This document shows positions 1 through 6,856 of a stretch of DNA of 32,000 bases, piece after piece. The DNA lies in assembly GCF_000015225.1 (NCBI RefSeq), contig NC_008698.1:1470001-1502000 (forward strand), read 5' to 3'. This DNA is from Thermofilum pendens Hrk 5 (lineage in GTDB: Archaea; Thermoproteota; Thermoprotei; Thermofilales; Thermofilaceae). Position numbers and translations under genes: made by a program. Positions within the stretch are counted from its first letter, which is position 1. Each line of letters opens with the position of its first letter. The notes beneath the pieces were generated by a model that was not told the origin of the DNA, ran no database searches, and was given only the letters and a program-made list of their open reading frames with translations.

Positions 1-297
1 CACAGAGAGATACTCGGCCTTCCCGCCCGGCTCGAGGGGTTGTAGCGATACGACGACCACGAGCCTCGGGTCGTAGGAGCTCCTGTAGGCCACGCCTTTG
101 CGCAACGCCTCCCCGAGCCACGACTCATCGACGCCTAGTAGCTCCGCGAGCCTCGACGCGTCGTAGCCCACCCCGGGCTTGTTGAGCACTACTTCGACGG
201 CGTACCTGTCGGCCTCGGAGTAGCAAGCACCAGCGACCACTGCTAGCACCACGGACAAGACACCTGCCAGCACCAGTACACGTTTCAAGCCCGCCAC
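1..297 (-). CDS. Hypothetical exported (lipoprotein-like) protein; only the N-terminal part is in the window and the gene runs past the window start
   Basis: Absent from the ORF track because it has no stop in the window. The minus-strand frame is open from nt 1 to beyond 440. Candidate starts are GTG 297, TTG 288 and ATG 336. From 297 it translates as MAGLKRVLVLAGVLSVVLAVVAGACYSEADRYAVEVVLNKPGVGYDASRLAELLGVDESWLGEALRKGVAYRSSYDPRLVVVVSLQPLEPGGKAEYLSV. That gives a K/R n-region, a hydrophobic core and an AGAC lipobox-like end. Codon usage (AGG, GC3-rich) matches neighbouring genes. Confidence 0.4.
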   Translation of the reverse strand, partial: MAGLKRVLVLAGVLSVVLAVVAGACYSEADRYAVEVVLNKPGVGYDASRLAELLGVDESWLGEALRKGVAYRSSYDPRLVVVVSLQPLEPGGKAEYLSV

Positions 298-394
298 CGG
301 TATTAATGCAACGCGCACAGATATCAAGCCGCGCATTGAACGATAGGAGTCCAGGGCTCTGAACGCAGACCTTCCGGAAAACCGAACTAAAAAG

Positions 395-402
395 TTTAAA
401 TA
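395..402 (+). promoter_or_regulatory. Archaeal TATA box (TTTAAATA) with an A-rich BRE-like stretch, for the 438-1007 gene
   Basis: AAAAAG-TTTAAATA lies 36 nt upstream of ATG 438. A GGGTGA Shine-Dalgarno-like element sits at 427-432. The element is near-palindromic and could also serve the divergent minus-strand gene. Confidence 0.5.
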
Positions 403-437
403 CCCCCGCTCCCATCGGTGGTTCAAAGGGTGAAAAC

Positions 438-1007
438 ATGCAAGTGAAAAAGACAACCTTGGTAGCACTCCTAATAGCGCTGGCATCCACAGCCTTCGCC
501 GTAGCCGCGGTGACGCTGACAAACATAACCGAGTGGCACATCCAGGCAGCCGGCACGCCCCCAATAGTCAAGGTAGCGGGAGCCGACGCCGGTACCGGGC
601 TCATAAGCGTGTCGACGACCACTGCTAGCGACGGGACGAACAGGACAGTGATAACGATTAAGGGCTACACCGGGGATCCCACCCGCTACAGCGAGGTCAT
701 AAAGATCTGCAACAAGGACACCACGAAGACCTACACCGTCAGCCTAGTATACAAGGGAGTGATAAGTAGCGGTGGCTGGAACAACTACGTCAAGTACCTA
801 ACCCTATGGCTTGGCGGCTACCCCAGCGGGCCCTCGATAACGATAACCTCCACGACCACACCACCCGCTTCCACGGGCACCGTACAGGTCGGGCCCGGTA
901 TTTGCGTCCCCGTATCCGCCGAGGTACTCGTAGACGCATCCACACCGCAGAGCTCCTGGAACACGGACCTCATGAGCATTCAGATCGACGTCGTATCCCA
1001 AGGGTAA
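438..1007 (+). CDS. Small secreted T/S/V/G-rich protein (189 aa) of unknown function; candidate surface or structural subunit
   Basis: ATG start with SD and TATA. Sec-type signal MQVKKTTLVALLIALASTAFAVAA, then VTLTNITEWHIQA, a motif shared with the 2475-4061 protein. N-x-S/T sequons, a TTTPPAST linker and no TM segment beyond the signal. Confidence 0.85.
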   Translation: MQVKKTTLVALLIALASTAFAVAAVTLTNITEWHIQAAGTPPIVKVAGADAGTGLISVSTTTASDGTNRTVITIKGYTGDPTRYSEVIKICNKDTTKTYTVSLVYKGVISSGGWNNYVKYLTLWLGGYPSGPSITITSTTTPPASTGTVQVGPGICVPVSAEVLVDASTPQSSWNTDLMSIQIDVVSQG

Positions 1008-1013
1008 AAGGAA

Positions 1014-1023
1014 TTCTTTTTTT
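1014..1023 (+). terminator. Oligo-T tract (TTCTTTTTTT) just after the 438-1007 gene; possible partial terminator
   Basis: Archaeal termination uses oligo-T. The tract begins 7 nt after the stop at 1005-1007. Confidence 0.4.
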
Positions 1024-1034
1024 GAACTAAACCC

Positions 1035-1042
1035 TTTATATT
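1035..1042 (+). promoter_or_regulatory. TATA box (TTTATATT) for the 1064-4061 gene pair
   Basis: Centred about 26 nt upstream of GTG 1064 (ATG 1073 is an alternative start), consistent with a leaderless or short-leader transcript. Confidence 0.4.
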
Positions 1043-1063
1043 TCTTTACCGCCTTTCTAGTAG

Positions 1064-2482
1064 GTGGGTGGTATGGTCGTGCGGCTCAGGAAGAGGGACG
1101 TCTACCTCTACCTAGCATCGCTGCTCGTCGCCGCGTTCGCAACGCTGGTACTGCTATACCCCCTCGGCGTCCAGGCCGTGGTCGTGGGGGGCGCGCGGGA
1201 CGTCGAGGCAAAGCCCGCCGAGCTCGACGTCTACGCCTCGAATACCACCGTCTACTGCTACGGCGGAGCGCTGGAACTGAAGAACCTCGGCGCCGCGGGG
1301 CAGGCGTACCGCTTGAGGATCAGCGCCTCCCCGCCGAGGGGGCTGAGCCTCCTGGAGCTCAGGCTCAACGGTAGCGCTGTCTTCGCGCTGGGCGCTGTAA
1401 ACGCGTCGAGGGAGGTGGTCCTGCCGGCGGGCTCGTCCGCTAGGCTCGACCTCTGCGTCAAGGCTTCGAGCCCGGGCAGCGTGGAGCTGGTGTTCGTGGA
1501 TCCGGCTTACGCCAGGGCTACGGAGTCGAGGGTCAGGGTTTCCTACAGGCTTACCGACTGGTGGAACAACACGTTCCCGAGGAGGGTGGAGCTCGTGCCA
1601 GTAGTCTCGAAGCCGGGGGTGGCGCTGTTCGAGGTCACGGGGTCCGGGGAGGTCTACGTCAACGGGAGGCTCGTCAGGAGGATCTCCGGGATAGCCGGGC
1701 TCGGTAGCGACGCTTTCGCCGTTGTGTTGCGGAGGAGCGGGGCCGACTACCTGTTGCCCTACCAGGTCGAGGCTTGGACGGTGAGGGGGGACGGCGTCGC
1801 CGAGCCCTCCGGGGTTAGGCGGCCCGGGGAGGCCGTCTGGGGGGACGACAGGCTCGTCTTCGCGGCGTACCTGGAGAACGGCTCCAGGATCTACATCTAC
1901 ATGGGCGGGAGGTACCCCTGGGGTGAGGCGGGCGACGTGCAGGTCCTCGAGGGGGCCGCGCTACTCGGGGGCGAGAGGCTGAACCTGTCGAGGTGGGGCG
2001 TGGAGGCGAGGGGCTTCTCGCTGAACCTGTCTGGCTACGTGGTGTTCCCCTACCAGTCGGTGAAGGAGGAGCTCAGCGACCCCGGCTCCTGGAGAAACGC
2101 GGCTTCGGGCCCCGTGAGGACTGTCCTCTGGTTCTCCACGACAGGCTTCTCGAACTACAGGGTCGAGGCGGCGGTGACACTGTGGGGGCGCGGCGTGAAC
2201 GCAGCGCTCGTATACGTGTGGCCCAGCCTCAGCTACAGGGGGATAGTTCTGGAGTGGGTCTCCCCGAGGATCGCGCTGCGCGGCAACACCTCGCTCGCCT
2301 TCAACCCGGGTACGACCGGCAACTACCTGCCGCTGAGGCTCGAAAAATACGGCGTGGCTCTCTGCAGGGACTTCTTCCTCTCGGGGGGCACTTACGGCTA
2401 CTTCTCCCTAGCCCTCGGCCCAGCCCCCTTCGCCGAGCTGAAGAGGCTGGACGCCGCGTACTCGAGCTTCCCGGGTGGCTAG
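1064..2482 (+). CDS. N-terminally membrane-anchored extracellular protein with a DUF2341-like domain (about aa 160-285)
   Basis: N-terminal TM or signal anchor VYLYLASLLVAAFATLVLLY. Many N-x-S/T sequons. The segment TDWWNNTFPRRVEL...YLLPYQVEAW...RIYIYMGG resembles the DUF2341 pattern (W..yR..i ... lpyeiE.W ... iyvYYGn). The stop TAG 2480-2482 overlaps or abuts the next gene's start. Confidence 0.75.
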   Translation: MGGMVVRLRKRDVYLYLASLLVAAFATLVLLYPLGVQAVVVGGARDVEAKPAELDVYASNTTVYCYGGALELKNLGAAGQAYRLRISASPPRGLSLLELRLNGSAVFALGAVNASREVVLPAGSSARLDLCVKASSPGSVELVFVDPAYARATESRVRVSYRLTDWWNNTFPRRVELVPVVSKPGVALFEVTGSGEVYVNGRLVRRISGIAGLGSDAFAVVLRRSGADYLLPYQVEAWTVRGDGVAEPSGVRRPGEAVWGDDRLVFAAYLENGSRIYIYMGGRYPWGEAGDVQVLEGAALLGGERLNLSRWGVEARGFSLNLSGYVVFPYQSVKEELSDPGSWRNAASGPVRTVLWFSTTGFSNYRVEAAVTLWGRGVNAALVYVWPSLSYRGIVLEWVSPRIALRGNTSLAFNPGTTGNYLPLRLEKYGVALCRDFFLSGGTYGYFSLALGPAPFAELKRLDAAYSSFPGG

Positions 2483-4061
2483 CATGAGGAAAACCGTTCT
2501 AGCCCTCTCGATAGCCATGCTCGCGCTGGCAGGCGCCTACGCCGCCGTCACGATAATCAACCTGACGGAGTGGCACGTCCAGGCGACCCAGCCCCCCGTC
2601 AAGAAGCTAGCCGCTTACGGAGTCAAGAGAACCGCCGCGTACGCGCAAGCGGAGAACGGCTTAAACGTGACGTACGTCGAGGTGACTGCGCCGCTCGGTT
2701 GCAGGGTCATTTTCGACCCAGCACTAGTCCTGTCCGCTTCAACCAATCTACCCGCGAAACTATATGCGGAGTCCGTAACCGGTAACTACGCGTTTCAGCT
2801 ATCGGTAAACGTAAGCCTCGGCGGCACGCAACAAGTACAGGTAGTAAGCGGGTCGATAACGCAGAGTGCCGGCGCGCCTGTAAGCGTGCAGGGAAGCGCG
2901 AACTTCAGGCTAGAAGTCCTCGTGGGCTCTGGAGCACCTCTGGGCTCGGAAGTCGCCAGGCTCTACACGTGGCTTTACTTCAATGCAAGCACGTCCAAGG
3001 CTAGGCAGAAGATAGTCTGGGTATTCAAAACAATGAGCTGGCTCTACTGCGGCTGGCTGTATAGGAAGGGCCACGACATTGTTGGCTCTACTGCGGGGGC
3101 TGTTTCCGGCTACCAGGTGAGGCTCAGGGTGTGTAGTGGTAGCGGGACTGACTCGGGGGATACTGTCTACTTGAACGGGAAGGGGAGGGCGGACTTCGGG
3201 GACCTCAGGTTCTCGTACCTCCAGCCCGACGGGAGAGAGGTAGCTATACCGTACTGGGTGGAGAGCGTTAGCGGCGGCTGCGCCACCGTATGGGTGAAGG
3301 TGCCGAGCATACCTGCCAGCCCCGGGACAGCCAGGATATACGTCTACTACGGAAACCCCTCTGCTACTAGCGAGAGCAACGGAGCGGCGACGTTCATCTA
3401 CTTCAACGACTTCTCGAGCGCCATAGGTTTCACGAGCTTCCCATACGACAAGGGGGCGGACGGCTGGGGCGACGTGGACGGTAGCGACTCTTCTGGCTGG
3501 CAGCTCTTCCAGGGGGCTCTCAAGCACCGCGTGACTGTTGACGCTAGCCACATGTACGCGTTGACGGACGTCCAGAATGGTAACGTGGCTGTATGTGTCC
3601 TCATAAACCTCGGGAAGCTCGAGGAGATAGAGGAGGCGGGAGTAGCGGCTAGGCACAGTGTCGACGCCAACGGCTACATAAGGCAGTACTACGCTAGGCT
3701 CATATACGCGCCGAGCCTGATCGACTCGTTAACGTTTAGGCCAAGAGTTAACGTGGAGCTCGTTAAGAGTACTGGTCTGCCGAGCGAGGTAGAGCCCGTG
3801 CACGTCTATTACAGCTTGCAGGCTAATACTTGGTACAAGCTTGAGATGAGGCTGTACGGTGGGCACATAACAGTGTACGTGGACGACTCTAAGGTTATCG
3901 ACTGGACCGACTCAAGCCCGATAACCTCCGGCTCCAGGCTAGGCCTCTTCAGCGCGTACAACAAGAACGTCGACCACCTATATGACAACTTCTACGTCCG
4001 CAACTACGTAGAGCCAGAGCCAAGCCACGGGCAGTGGCTCCCGGAGGAGACGGATCCTTAA
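2475..4061 (+). CDS. Secreted 528-aa protein: shared N-terminal module, then a DUF2341-like domain (about aa 192-300) and a concanavalin/LamG-like lectin region (about aa 305-520)
   Basis: Signal MASMRKTVLALSIAMLALAGAYAA, then VTIINLTEWHVQA. With GTG 2475 the motif has the same residue numbering as in the 189-aa protein (ATG 2484 is an alternative start). WLYRKGHDIV..GDLRFSY..IPYWVES..ATVWVKVPSIP..ARIYVYYGNPSA is a good DUF2341 pattern. The C-terminal WYKLEMRLYGGHITVYVDDSKV...GLFSA is LamG/DUF1080-like. Confidence 0.85.
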   Translation: MASMRKTVLALSIAMLALAGAYAAVTIINLTEWHVQATQPPVKKLAAYGVKRTAAYAQAENGLNVTYVEVTAPLGCRVIFDPALVLSASTNLPAKLYAESVTGNYAFQLSVNVSLGGTQQVQVVSGSITQSAGAPVSVQGSANFRLEVLVGSGAPLGSEVARLYTWLYFNASTSKARQKIVWVFKTMSWLYCGWLYRKGHDIVGSTAGAVSGYQVRLRVCSGSGTDSGDTVYLNGKGRADFGDLRFSYLQPDGREVAIPYWVESVSGGCATVWVKVPSIPASPGTARIYVYYGNPSATSESNGAATFIYFNDFSSAIGFTSFPYDKGADGWGDVDGSDSSGWQLFQGALKHRVTVDASHMYALTDVQNGNVAVCVLINLGKLEEIEEAGVAARHSVDANGYIRQYYARLIYAPSLIDSLTFRPRVNVELVKSTGLPSEVEPVHVYYSLQANTWYKLEMRLYGGHITVYVDDSKVIDWTDSSPITSGSRLGLFSAYNKNVDHLYDNFYVRNYVEPEPSHGQWLPEETDP

Positions 4062-4331
4062 CGCTAGCATGCGCTGTGACCTTCATGGCCGCTGATGCCC
4101 GGCGCTGTACCCCCGCAATCCCTGGCACGAAAAAGGTTATTTCTGGGTTGTTCTGGGACGACCTCTCGTTGACCTACTACGCCTGCGACCCCTGCCTTCC
4201 GGTCTAGCGGGAACCTCGTCTGCATACCCCTCGTCGCCGGCGGGGCTTCATACGCGGCGAACTTCACGGGGACGGGTTCCTACGGCTTCTACCTCCTCGG
4301 CTCAAACCTGAACAAGCTGTTCGGGGTCTAC

Positions 4332-4559
4332 GTGAGCGGTGGGAGCTACTACGCGGTGTGCGGCGCGGCGACTGCGCCCTTGTACACCGGTAGCGCTTAC
4401 TGGGTTGACCTTAGGCTTTTATCCGGTGTCTACGAAGCCATAGTGAGGGGGTCGGATGGCTCCATACTCTCCAGGTATAGCTGCGCGCCGCCCGGCTCGC
4501 CGAGCTACGTGGGCTTCGAGAACGTCGGCTCGTTCACGTTGAACGTTTGGGGACCGTAG
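4332..4559 (+). CDS. Short lectin/jelly-roll-like ORF, probably the tail of a decayed or mis-started gene (frame open from 4173)
   Basis: Only a GTG at 4332 is available as a start. The same frame is open back to the TGA at 4170 with no ATG/GTG/TTG. YWVDLRLLSGVYEAIVRGSDGS...YVGFENVGSFTLNVWG resembles the C-terminal lectin-like region of the upstream protein. Confidence 0.3.
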   Translation: MSGGSYYAVCGAATAPLYTGSAYWVDLRLLSGVYEAIVRGSDGSILSRYSCAPPGSPSYVGFENVGSFTLNVWGP

Positions 4560-4598
4560 AGCTGAGGGTAGTGCTTCTACCTGTGCTAGCGGTGCGTG

Positions 4599-5543
4599 CT
4601 ACGGTGCTTCCTCTACCGTTACTTGGAGCCTGCGGAGCGTACCCGCGTAGAAGACTTCTAGGACCGCTTTTTCCCCTACCTCCTTCTGCCTGAGCTTAGA
4701 CACGAGGTCTCCCGTGCCTTTGACCTCCGAGCCGTCCAGCTTCAGTATGACTGCCCCGGGCTTTACGCCAGCCCTGGCGGCGGGGCTCCCGGGGACAACC
4801 CTTAGTACGAGCACTCCGGCCGCTCTCGGCAACCCTAGCTGGTAGGCTATCGCCGGGTTCACGTCTAGCCCGTAGACGCCTATCCACGGTCTGAGAATCC
4901 TGCCGTACTTTTCAAGCTGGGCCAGGGCGTACTTCACCTCGTTTATGGGTATGGCGAACCCTATGCCTTGGGCGAACGGTATCATAGCGGTCGTTATCCC
5001 CACGACCCTCCCTTCGAGGTCGACGAGGGGGCCTCCGCTGTTCCCGGGGTTTACCGGCGCGTCCGTCTGTATGAGGTTCTCGTATATTTTTCCCTCGGCC
5101 CTCAGGCTTCTCCCGAGCCCGCTCACAACGCCGAACGTCAGGCTGGGACCTCCGAGGAGCTGGCCGAAGGGGTTTCCCACAGCTACAACGAACTGCCCGA
5201 CCCTCAAGCTGTCGGAGTCGCCCAGCTCGGCTGGCTTAAGCCTCGCCCTCTCTACTCGAAGAAACGCTATGTCGTAGTGCGGATCCACGTCTACGACCTC
5301 CGCTCTTACGTGGTCCCCACCTGGAGTCGTCACGGAGATCTCCTCGAAGCCCTCGACGACGTGGGCATTCGTAGCCACCAAGCCGTCCTCGCTTACCGCT
5401 ACGCCGGACCCTAGCCCCGAGACTGGTTCGCGTACGAAGAGGAAGTCCAGGACCTTTACCGCCGTTACGCTTACAACGCTGTCCCTAACCTTCTCGTAGG
5501 CTCTGATAACCCTTTCCTGGAGGTCTTCCGCCAAGCCAACCAC
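4599..5543 (-). CDS. htrA: HtrA/DegP-family trypsin-like serine protease with a C-terminal PDZ domain
   Basis: Catalytic triad contexts TNAHVV, YDIAFL and GNSGGPL. The C-terminal PDZ-like region includes GSPAARAGVKPGAVILKLDG. GTG start; no obvious signal peptide. Confidence 0.9.
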   Translation of the reverse strand: MVGLAEDLQERVIRAYEKVRDSVVSVTAVKVLDFLFVREPVSGLGSGVAVSEDGLVATNAHVVEGFEEISVTTPGGDHVRAEVVDVDPHYDIAFLRVERARLKPAELGDSDSLRVGQFVVAVGNPFGQLLGGPSLTFGVVSGLGRSLRAEGKIYENLIQTDAPVNPGNSGGPLVDLEGRVVGITTAMIPFAQGIGFAIPINEVKYALAQLEKYGRILRPWIGVYGLDVNPAIAYQLGLPRAAGVLVLRVVPGSPAARAGVKPGAVILKLDGSEVKGTGDLVSKLRQKEVGEKAVLEVFYAGTLRRLQVTVEEAP

Positions 5544-5566
5544 CCGGAAAGATACCGCGCGCGGGG

Positions 5567-5575
5567 TTTATATTT
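5567..5575. promoter_or_regulatory. Single central TATA element (TTTATATTT) in the 58-nt divergent htrA/MFS intergenic region
   Basis: It is the only A/T-rich element between starts 5543 (-) and 5602 (+). Its centre, 5571, lies 28 nt and 31 nt from the two start codons. Confidence 0.45.
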
Positions 5576-5601
5576 GTGGGGGCTCTCTGCATCCTCTTTG
5601 A

Positions 5602-6804
5602 GTGTTCGGGGTGGTATGTGTGTCGCGTAAGGCTGAAACTCAGAGCGGAGAGAGAGCGGAGCCCCGCGCCTCGACGGGCGGTGGAAGAGCGGAGAAAGTG
5701 CTCGTAGCGTACGGGCTTGCGAGTAGCTTCGCCGGTAACCTCGTATCGCCGTTCATGGCTCTCTACCTCTACGGGCTCGCCGGCGGGAGGTTTTTCCAGG
5801 CAGGTATTGCCAGCCAGGCCCCGGTGGCGGTCTCAGTGATCATGGGGCTCTTCTGGGCCAGGCTGTCTGATACTAATGGGTCGAGGAAGAAGTTCGTTCA
5901 GCTGAGCTTGGCTACGGGCTCCCTGGCTTCCCTGGCTCTCAGCTTCGCGTCAAGCATTAACGATGCGATACTCGTCCAGATACTCGGGGCGTTCACCGGG
6001 AGCGCTGGGGGAGCGGCGTTCTCCGCCTTGATGGCGGAGGTCTTCAAGGACAAGAGGGGGTCGAGGCTCGGGGTTTACAACGCGTCCACGGTCATCGGCG
6101 GCTTCGCCGGTAGCATGCTTTCAGGGTTCCTGTACAACTGGATAGGCTTCAGGTGGATGCTCAGGCTGAACGCCTTGCTCGGGGTCTTGCCCCTAGTCCT
6201 GATAAGCATGATCCCCGAAGAGGGTAACCGGAACCCCGTTAGCTCGAGGAAGCTTGTAAGCATCCCGAAGATACCCCGGAGGTTCTGGAAGCTCTACCTA
6301 GCTAGGCTCGTGCTCAGCCTCCCCGGGGCTCTGAGCGGAGGAGTGTTCTCGGTGTACTTCGTGAAGTACCTTAACGGCCCGCCTGAAGCTTGGTCGACGC
6401 TCGTGGCAGTCACAACTCTCTTCGGGCTAGCGTCCATCCCTTACGGCAGGCTCGCCGACAGGCTCTCGACGCGGGAGATGTTCGTGCTCGCAGGGCTCGG
6501 GTGGACCGCTCTCTACCTGGGGTACTTTCTGTCCCCGAACTACCTCGTCTTCTCCCTGTTCTTCGTGATACCGGTGTGGCCGGCGTTCTGGCTCGCGTAC
6601 TCCAAGGCCTTGATGGACCTGAGCGACGAGTCGGAGAGAGCTACGTTCTACGCCTTCGAGGGGACGCTCTCGGCGCTATTCGGGTCCGCGGTCGGCGTAG
6701 CCGCGGGGCTCGTCGCGGACCTCTACAGCCCGAGAACCCTCTTCCTGCTGTCCTCCGCCTCCGCGTTGCTGGGCGCCGCCGTAGCAGGCGTACTGCTCAG
6801 GTAG
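5602..6804 (+). CDS. Major facilitator superfamily (MFS) transporter
   Basis: 400 aa with about 12 hydrophobic segments. Short basic loops such as ARLSDTNGSRKK and GRLADRLSTREM match the MFS motif-A pattern (G-x-L-x-D-R-x-G-R-[KR]) in both halves. Confidence 0.85.
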   Translation: MFGVVCVSRKAETQSGERAEPRASTGGGRAEKVLVAYGLASSFAGNLVSPFMALYLYGLAGGRFFQAGIASQAPVAVSVIMGLFWARLSDTNGSRKKFVQLSLATGSLASLALSFASSINDAILVQILGAFTGSAGGAAFSALMAEVFKDKRGSRLGVYNASTVIGGFAGSMLSGFLYNWIGFRWMLRLNALLGVLPLVLISMIPEEGNRNPVSSRKLVSIPKIPRRFWKLYLARLVLSLPGALSGGVFSVYFVKYLNGPPEAWSTLVAVTTLFGLASIPYGRLADRLSTREMFVLAGLGWTALYLGYFLSPNYLVFSLFFVIPVWPAFWLAYSKALMDLSDESERATFYAFEGTLSALFGSAVGVAAGLVADLYSPRTLFLLSSASALLGAAVAGVLLR

Positions 6805-6856
6805 AGTGTAGAGGCGGTAGGCTTAAAGGCTTGGTCGGAGCTTCTCTTCGGGCACT

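Noticed and set aside
438-520. Possibility that the two shared N-termini are class III (type IV pilin/archaellin-like) or TasA/SipW-type signal peptides
   Set aside because: There is no [KR]-[GAS] prepilin-peptidase site before the hydrophobic stretch (the sequences read KK-TT and RK-TV). There is also no TasA-type motif after the signal. An A-x-A-A/V signal-peptidase-I-type site fits better.
125-622. 165-aa minus-strand ORF from the track
   Set aside because: It runs antisense across the promoter, start and signal peptide of the well-supported 438-1007 gene. It is Arg/Ala/Gly-rich, which is typical of spurious frames in GC-rich DNA. A different minus-strand frame (1-297) gives a sensible signal-peptide protein instead.
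2910-3656. 248-aa and 90-aa antisense ORFs inside the 528-aa secreted-protein gene. Similar shadow ORFs occur at 1993-2487, 6390-6860, 7797-8314, 9919-10317, 11527-11976, 14943-15461, 16184-16672, 19525-20013, 23080-23925, 25854-26969 and 26998-27648.
   Set aside because: Each overlaps a gene with strong family motifs on the other strand or frame. The compositions are those of off-frame GC-rich translation.
4599-5543. Lack of a signal peptide on the HtrA-like protease, considered as a possible anomaly
   Set aside because: The GTG start may be mis-set, and cytoplasmic or N-terminally anchored HtrA homologs are common in archaea. It is not distinctive enough to report as a finding.
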